A stretch of DNA of 64,000 nucleotides, taken from the NCBI GenBank assembly GCA_034722055.1, contig JAYENL010000221.1, positions 1 through 64,000 on the forward strand, given 5' to 3'. Origin of the DNA: Armatimonadota bacterium. GTDB lineage: Bacteria > Armatimonadota > Zipacnadia > Zipacnadales > UBA5352. Position 1 is the stretch's first letter. Each line of letters begins with the position of its first letter. The notes under the pieces are model-generated. The model searched no databases. It worked only from the letters and a program-made list of their open reading frames with translations, and had not been told where the DNA came from. Positions 58,558-64,000 of this stretch are shown here, piece by piece. A program made the position numbers and the translations under genes.

Positions 58558-59351
58558 GGCCGCTCACCTCCCAGCAGGCTCAGGCCGCGGCTGAGGATGA
58601 AGTCCAGGATCATCTGCGCGGAGTCCGTGTGAGTGCTGCGGGCGAGCCGACAGGCGAAGACGTAGCCCTGGCCGCCGGGAACCTGGAAGGCCACGGGGTC
58701 GGCGGCCCGCAGCCGTCCGGCATCGGTCTCGCGAATCGCCGTGCCGTAGACCTCATGCCAGGGGCAGTGCTCCTCGATGGCGTCGGCGTCGAATGGCCGC
58801 AGCGTGCGCCAGCCCTCGAAAGCCGGCAGCACCTCCTCCGCCGCCTCCGTAGGCTCGCAGCTCATGCCCACGAAGCCATCGCGGACGAGATTCGCGTCAC
58901 AGATGTCGTCATCACCCTGGTGCCGCGCGGAGTCCCCGCCACGCTCGCCGCCCTCCAGCGCGTACCAGTGGCAGAACCAGTCGCCGGCATAGCAGAGGAT
59001 CCCGCCCGCTTCCAGCCACCGCTCCAGCGGCGAGCCCTCATCCTGCCCGTGATAGATCGCCCCCGGCACGCTCTGGCCGATGTCCACCACGATGCACCGG
59101 CGGGCCTCCTCGCAGATCGACGCCCACTGCTCGGCGCCGATGACCTCCGCGTGCACGCCCCGGCGCCCCAGCTCGTCGCACAGCGCGTGGCTCATCAGCC
59201 GGTGCCAGGTCAGCGCGTCGGTGGACTTGGGGGCGTCGAGATAGCCGACGTGAAACCAGTGCGGATCATGGTAAACGTAGACGTCAGGAGCGTCCTGAGC
59301 CGGGATGGGAGAGCACAGGGCGGCCACCATTCCCAGCGCTGCCGGCATCAT
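58554..59351 (-). CDS. secreted hypothetical protein (GATase-like/trimerisation-like fold possible)
   Basis: AAGGGAGG SD, signal MMPAALGMVAALCSPIPA-Q; LERWLEAGG..CYAGDWF; 4-nt overlap with the next gene. Confidence 0.6.
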   Translation of the reverse strand: MMPAALGMVAALCSPIPAQDAPDVYVYHDPHWFHVGYLDAPKSTDALTWHRLMSHALCDELGRRGVHAEVIGAEQWASICEEARRCIVVDIGQSVPGAIYHGQDEGSPLERWLEAGGILCYAGDWFCHWYALEGGERGGDSARHQGDDDICDANLVRDGFVGMSCEPTEAAEEVLPAFEGWRTLRPFDADAIEEHCPWHEVYGTAIRETDAGRLRAADPVAFQVPGGQGYVFACRLARSTHTDSAQMILDFILSRGLSLLGGERP

Positions 59352-59530
59352 CGCCGGACCTCCCTTCGGGCAGTAAGGCTTGGCTTCGGTCTGCAGAGTT
59401 CGGCGCTCAGCGCCGGCAGGCCTTCGTCGGGAGGATCTGGCGCATAATGCAGGGATGGGCACGGCGCCAAGGGAAAAGGTGGGTCCACGAGGAAGAAGTC
59501 CGTACTACAGCCGCTGAGGAGGGGTCAGCC

Positions 59531-60706
59531 GTGGCGATCAGAGCGTCGGTCCCGAAGGCACTCGCTCTCATCCTGCTTGCCCCGGCTCTGGCGCAGGCAC
59601 AGCCAGCGCCGGATGCCGCGACGGCCGAGGTGCATGCGCCCAAGGAGCGGCGCCTGGAGGGTGGCGAGCATGACGGCCACCTCTTCCGGGAGCAGCACGC
59701 CATCCTCTCGACCGGCGAGGTCGCTTACGGCATCGCCTACAAGGCCTGTGTGGACCCCGCCCACGGCGATCAGGTGGTCCCTCTCGAGGGCTACCTGGGC
59801 ATGCCGCAGCCCTGCTCCTGCAACTGGTATCACAGCGGCTTCCTGTTCATCTCCCTCAACGGTCGTGACATCGGAACCACGCCCCTGTCGAGCATGATGG
59901 CCACGGAAACCGGCCAGCGGGGCATCTTGGACATGGTGTGGCACGACCAGGCCGCCGACGTCCGGGTGCGTTTCGTGGCGCTGCCCGGCGCGGACTGGCT
60001 GGGCTGCGAGGTGGCCATCGACCCAACGGTCGAGACCACCTCCGTGGCGATCGGCCTCCGCTGCTATCCCAGCTTCTTCACCGCCTGGCACAACCGCGAC
60101 GGCGCGCGGCGAATTCAGACGCCCTCGCAGCTCATCGAGCAGGGGGACGATGTGACCATTCCCGTGGCGGAGAACTGGTGGGGCGTCTACTATGACGAGA
60201 TCTTCGATGTCGCCAAGGGCGAGGGATCGGGCCCCTGCGCCATGCTGGTGCTGCCCGATGATGCCTCCGACGTGCGGTTCGCACCCGGCAGCTACGCGGT
60301 GAGCACCACCATCACCTGCCCCGCCGACGCCCGGCGCGTCCGCCTGGCCTTCTGGGACCTGAAGGGCATGACCAACGAGGAGGCCCTGGCGCAGGTCCGG
60401 GCGGAGGCCGACGAGGTCCGGGCCACGCTGGAGGGGGCGGATTTCACGCCGCGGGCGGTGCAACAGTTCGATGTGGCTGAGGTCAGGGAGAGCCTGGAGC
60501 GGGCGCTGGCGAACGAGAGCATTCGCGAGGCGCTGGCCGACCGCATCGACGAGATCCAGGGCTGGCTGGAGCAGCAGCCGGCGGAGGCGGGCGGCGAGGC
60601 CGACGTGGAGGACATTCGGGGGCAGGAGCAACTTCTGCAGTCGATCGACGACTACAACAGCTTCAAGTGGCACGTGAAGCTCCTGGAGCTGATTCATGGG
60701 CTGTGA
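59531..60706 (+). CDS. secreted hypothetical protein (beta-rich N-terminus, helical C-terminus)
   Basis: GAGGAGG SD before GTG; signal ..LALILLAPALAQA-Q; codon style matches neighbours. Confidence 0.65.
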   Translation: MAIRASVPKALALILLAPALAQAQPAPDAATAEVHAPKERRLEGGEHDGHLFREQHAILSTGEVAYGIAYKACVDPAHGDQVVPLEGYLGMPQPCSCNWYHSGFLFISLNGRDIGTTPLSSMMATETGQRGILDMVWHDQAADVRVRFVALPGADWLGCEVAIDPTVETTSVAIGLRCYPSFFTAWHNRDGARRIQTPSQLIEQGDDVTIPVAENWWGVYYDEIFDVAKGEGSGPCAMLVLPDDASDVRFAPGSYAVSTTITCPADARRVRLAFWDLKGMTNEEALAQVRAEADEVRATLEGADFTPRAVQQFDVAEVRESLERALANESIREALADRIDEIQGWLEQQPAEAGGEADVEDIRGQEQLLQSIDDYNSFKWHVKLLELIHGL

Positions 60707-60758
60707 GCGCGAATCCGGGCGGCGAGCGCCCGGCGCAGCCGTGAGGAGGATCAGAGTC

Positions 60759-63700
60759 ATGAGACGGATCAGCGTGACGATGGTAATGACGGTGGCCGTG
60801 TGCATGGTGGCCGCGGTCTCCGCGATGGGCCAGGACCGCGCGGAGCTGGAGGTTGACCATGCCCTGACCTTCGAGTTCGAGACGCCGCACACCGACTGGG
60901 CGCAGCCCTACGCCGGGGACACCACCCGCGTGCTGTTCTTCACGGACGGCAGGGGCACCAACCCGCGCGAGTGCGTGGAGCTGATGCAGCGCTTCGACAT
61001 CGAGGGGGAGGCGGTCTTCTGGGCCCGCATCGTGGACAGCGCGGAGACCCATTGGCACGGGGGCGAGATCGGGGAGCAGCGCATGCTGGAGCTGCTGGAA
61101 CAGGACTGGGACTGCTACGTGTTCCTGGGCCTGGCGCTGGACAACATGTCCCCGGAGCAGCAGTTCAAGGTCCTCCAGCCCGTCACCGAGGGCGCCGGCC
61201 TGGTCTTCGTGGGCTCGAACGATGAGCGGGTGCTTACTGATGAGAATCAGATCACCGACCTGCCGCCCATCCTGGCGCCCGGGCCGGTGGGGGATGCCTA
61301 CACCGTGGGCCAGGGCCGGGGTATCCGGCTGCCGGCGCGGCCGGAGATCGGCTACTACGAGGGCTGGGAGGTTGACTACGACTACTGGTCAGAGCGCCTG
61401 GGCCGGGCCGTCCTGTGGGCTGCCGGGCACGAGCCCCAGATGGTGCTGACCGCCAGCGCCGGCCCCGGCGAGTTCGCCTGGGACGCCACGAAGACTCTTA
61501 CCGTGGATGCGCGTGGGGAGCCAGTGGGCGACAATCCGCGCATCCGCTCGCGGGTGCGCATGGCGGGAGGCCCCGAGGTCGAGCTGCCTCAGCGACCGCT
61601 TCCGGAGCGGGCCTTCAGCCTGCAGGTCGGATCACTGCCGGCGGGCGAGTGGCACCTCGACGCCTGGGTGGTGTCCGACGCCGGCGTCGAGACGTGGACG
61701 ACAAGGCCATTCACGGTGACCTCAGACGTGAGCGTGTCAGAGGTCGCGCTGGAGCAGGGCTGGGGGGAGCCGGGGGATGCGATCGCGGGTCACGTGATGG
61801 TGGATGCTGAGCCCGGGCCGAACACGCGGGCTCGCGTGGGGCTGTTCGACAGCCGCGGGCGCGAGCTGGCCCACGAGATTCTGGAGCCCGCCGAGCTGCT
61901 CGAGGTCCTCCCCCCCGAGCCCGAGGAGGAGCCCGAGGAGGAGGGGGAGGAGGAGCCTGAGGCCGGGCCGCGGCTCGGGATGCCCTTCTCGTTCACGGTC
62001 GAGCCCTGGATGCCGATGCTGCTGCGGGTGCACGCCGCCCTCTACCGCAATCCGCCCGGCCCGCCGCCCGCTGAGGTCATCCACTCCGGCTACGCCTACT
62101 TCCGGGTGACCAAGCGCCACCAGGGGCGGTTCAACTTCCTGATGTGGGACACCCCGCGTGGCACGCTCGCGCCGTACGCCGAGCGAAGCCTGGCTGAGAA
62201 CGCCGTGACGCTGCAGCTCGGCCACGGCAATCCGTCGATCATCCTCGCCGCCAACGATATTGCGTGGGTGCCCTACACCACGCGTGTCATGACGCCCAAG
62301 ACCGAGGACGGCATCATGCAGCCCTTCTGCTGGAACGACGAGGAGGCCGTGCAGGCCCATGTGCAGGAGAAGGCCGAGGCCTACCTGCCCTCTCGCCAGC
62401 ACGGGGTCTTCGTGTGGTCGCTCGGCGACGAGGTGACCACTCAGGGCTCGTGCCTCTCCCAGCACTGCGCGGAGGCCTACCGGGAGTACCTGCAGGAGGT
62501 CTACGGCAGCCTCGATGCGCTCAATGAGTCCTGGACGACCAACTTCACGGACTGGAGCCAGGTGGGGCTGAGCCAGGAGGGCGACAACGATGAGGCCAAC
62601 TCGCTGGCGGAGGGCAACTACCCGCGATGGTTCGACCGCCAGGCCTTCCAGTCCTACAACTTCGTCCAGTTCTGCCAGGCCTATGACGACGCCTACACGG
62701 CCATCGATCCGCTGGCGAAAACCGGCTTCGAGGGCGCAGGCAAGTTCTCCGCCGGCGACGACCTGGACCTGATCATCCGCGAGAACGAGTTCTGGTCGCC
62801 GTATCCGGGCGTGGCCGACGAGGTCCTCCGCTCCATCGCCCCGCGGGACTTCCCGCACGCCAACTGGATGGGCTACACCAAGGACGCGGACTCGCTGCTC
62901 CAGAAGTACTGGCGGATGGTGACGCGCGGCTCGGATGCCGTGTGGTGGTGGCGCTGGGACTGCATCGGGCGCTTCCACGGCTGGCTGGCGCCGGACCTGC
63001 GGCCCTTCCCGGCGGTCGAGGAGATCCTCCGGGACACGCAGATCATGCGCGACGGGCTTGGCGATCTGCTGCTGCAGTCGGAGATGCTCGACACTGAGAT
63101 CGCCATGCTCTACTCCTACCCCTCGACCTTCGCGTGCACGGTGGAGGAGGGCAACTCCTACGGCAGCTATACCTCCAGCCACGTGGCGCTGCACGACGCC
63201 CTGCGCGACCTCGGCTACCAGTTCCGCTACGTGACCGACCGGATGCTGCGGCTGGGCGAGTTCGACGCGGAGCGCTTCCGGATGCTGCTTCTACCGCGGG
63301 CGGAGGCCATGGGCGAGGAGGAGGCGCAGGTCATCCGCGACTACGTGGCGGGCGGCGGCGTTGTCATCGCCGATGTCCGGCCGGCCATCTACGATGGGCA
63401 CTGCAAGCCGCTGGCTGAGGGCCTGCTCGATGACCTGTTCGGCATCGAGACCGAGGGCCGTGCGGAGGCGAGCACCGTTACCGTCACGATTGACGCCCAG
63501 CCCGGCCTCACCTTCGACGCGGCCAAGGTCGATCCCACTGTGCGTCTGACCACCGGCGAGGCCATGGGTGAGGCCGACGGCACCCCGGTCATGATCGTCA
63601 ACCAGGTGGGCGAGGGCACGGCGGTGCTGCTGAACTTCGCGGCCAACAGCTTCCCGAAGATCAGCGTGGCCGACACGCCCGAGGCCGCCGCCGAGGTGCT

Positions 63701-64000
63701 GCTTGCGCTCATCAGCCGCTCGGGCGCTCATCAGCCGCCGCTGTGGATGCAGGCCGCCGATGGCTCGCGGCTGCGCAACATCGAGGCCATCCGCTGGCGG
63801 ACAGGTGAGACCGAGATCCTGGCGCTGTTCCGGCAGTCCGGCAACCGCGAGGAGGCCACGGTCACGCTGCCGGAGGCCCGGCACATCTACGACCTCCGCA
63901 ACCGCCGCTACCTGGGACGCTCCGACAGCTTCGAGACCACCATCATCCCCATGCGCGCGACCTTCCTGGCTTTGCTGCCGGAGGCCGTGCCGCCGGCGGA
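60759..64000 (+). CDS. large secreted GH42-like beta-galactosidase-family protein, truncated by the window end
   Basis: GAGGAGG SD, ATG at 60759, MRRISVTMVM..SAMG-Q; WSLGDE..CLSQHCAEAYREYLQEVYGSLDALNESW; LLLPRAEAM..IRDYVAGGGVVIAD (trimerisation-like); no stop seen before 64000. Confidence 0.8.
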   Translation, partial: MRRISVTMVMTVAVCMVAAVSAMGQDRAELEVDHALTFEFETPHTDWAQPYAGDTTRVLFFTDGRGTNPRECVELMQRFDIEGEAVFWARIVDSAETHWHGGEIGEQRMLELLEQDWDCYVFLGLALDNMSPEQQFKVLQPVTEGAGLVFVGSNDERVLTDENQITDLPPILAPGPVGDAYTVGQGRGIRLPARPEIGYYEGWEVDYDYWSERLGRAVLWAAGHEPQMVLTASAGPGEFAWDATKTLTVDARGEPVGDNPRIRSRVRMAGGPEVELPQRPLPERAFSLQVGSLPAGEWHLDAWVVSDAGVETWTTRPFTVTSDVSVSEVALEQGWGEPGDAIAGHVMVDAEPGPNTRARVGLFDSRGRELAHEILEPAELLEVLPPEPEEEPEEEGEEEPEAGPRLGMPFSFTVEPWMPMLLRVHAALYRNPPGPPPAEVIHSGYAYFRVTKRHQGRFNFLMWDTPRGTLAPYAERSLAENAVTLQLGHGNPSIILAANDIAWVPYTTRVMTPKTEDGIMQPFCWNDEEAVQAHVQEKAEAYLPSRQHGVFVWSLGDEVTTQGSCLSQHCAEAYREYLQEVYGSLDALNESWTTNFTDWSQVGLSQEGDNDEANSLAEGNYPRWFDRQAFQSYNFVQFCQAYDDAYTAIDPLAKTGFEGAGKFSAGDDLDLIIRENEFWSPYPGVADEVLRSIAPRDFPHANWMGYTKDADSLLQKYWRMVTRGSDAVWWWRWDCIGRFHGWLAPDLRPFPAVEEILRDTQIMRDGLGDLLLQSEMLDTEIAMLYSYPSTFACTVEEGNSYGSYTSSHVALHDALRDLGYQFRYVTDRMLRLGEFDAERFRMLLLPRAEAMGEEEAQVIRDYVAGGGVVIADVRPAIYDGHCKPLAEGLLDDLFGIETEGRAEASTVTVTIDAQPGLTFDAAKVDPTVRLTTGEAMGEADGTPVMIVNQVGEGTAVLLNFAANSFPKISVADTPEAAAEVLLALISRSGAHQPPLWMQAADGSRLRNIEAIRWRTGETEILALFRQSGNREEATVTLPEARHIYDLRNRRYLGRSDSFETTIIPMRATFLALLPEAVPPA

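Overview
This is a high-GC (~70% by eye) bacterial window with a strongly acidic proteome. Gene content and style suggest an uncultured glycan-degrading lineage such as Armatimonadota or PVC-like bacteria (inference only). Left to right it contains: a three-gene split LigD NHEJ locus (PE-Lig-Pol, no Ku in the window); several large secreted proteins resembling carbohydrate-active enzymes; an ECF sigma/anti-sigma pair; a complete N-type ATPase operon (atpDCQRBEFAG) with a Na+-type c subunit; a heparinase II/III-like protein; aldo/keto reductases, rhaA, two sulfatase-fold genes and other sugar oxidoreductase/epimerase/aldolase genes; a PEP-CTERM protein with a caspase-like His/Cys dyad; a co-oriented run with a polysaccharide-lyase-like protein, a QueG/RdhA-like Fe-S protein, an SPL-like radical SAM enzyme and a GH140-like protein; a BlaI/M56 module with a visible promoter and operator; a tandem DUF1284-like protein; and a GH42-like gene running off the right edge (missing from the ORF track). 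Intergenic DNA holds two MITE-like families with terminal inverted repeats and 9-10 bp target-site duplications, REP-like hairpin arrays and heptamer tracts. I saw no rRNA, tRNA, CRISPR array or transposase. All family calls come from motif recognition by eye, not database searches.
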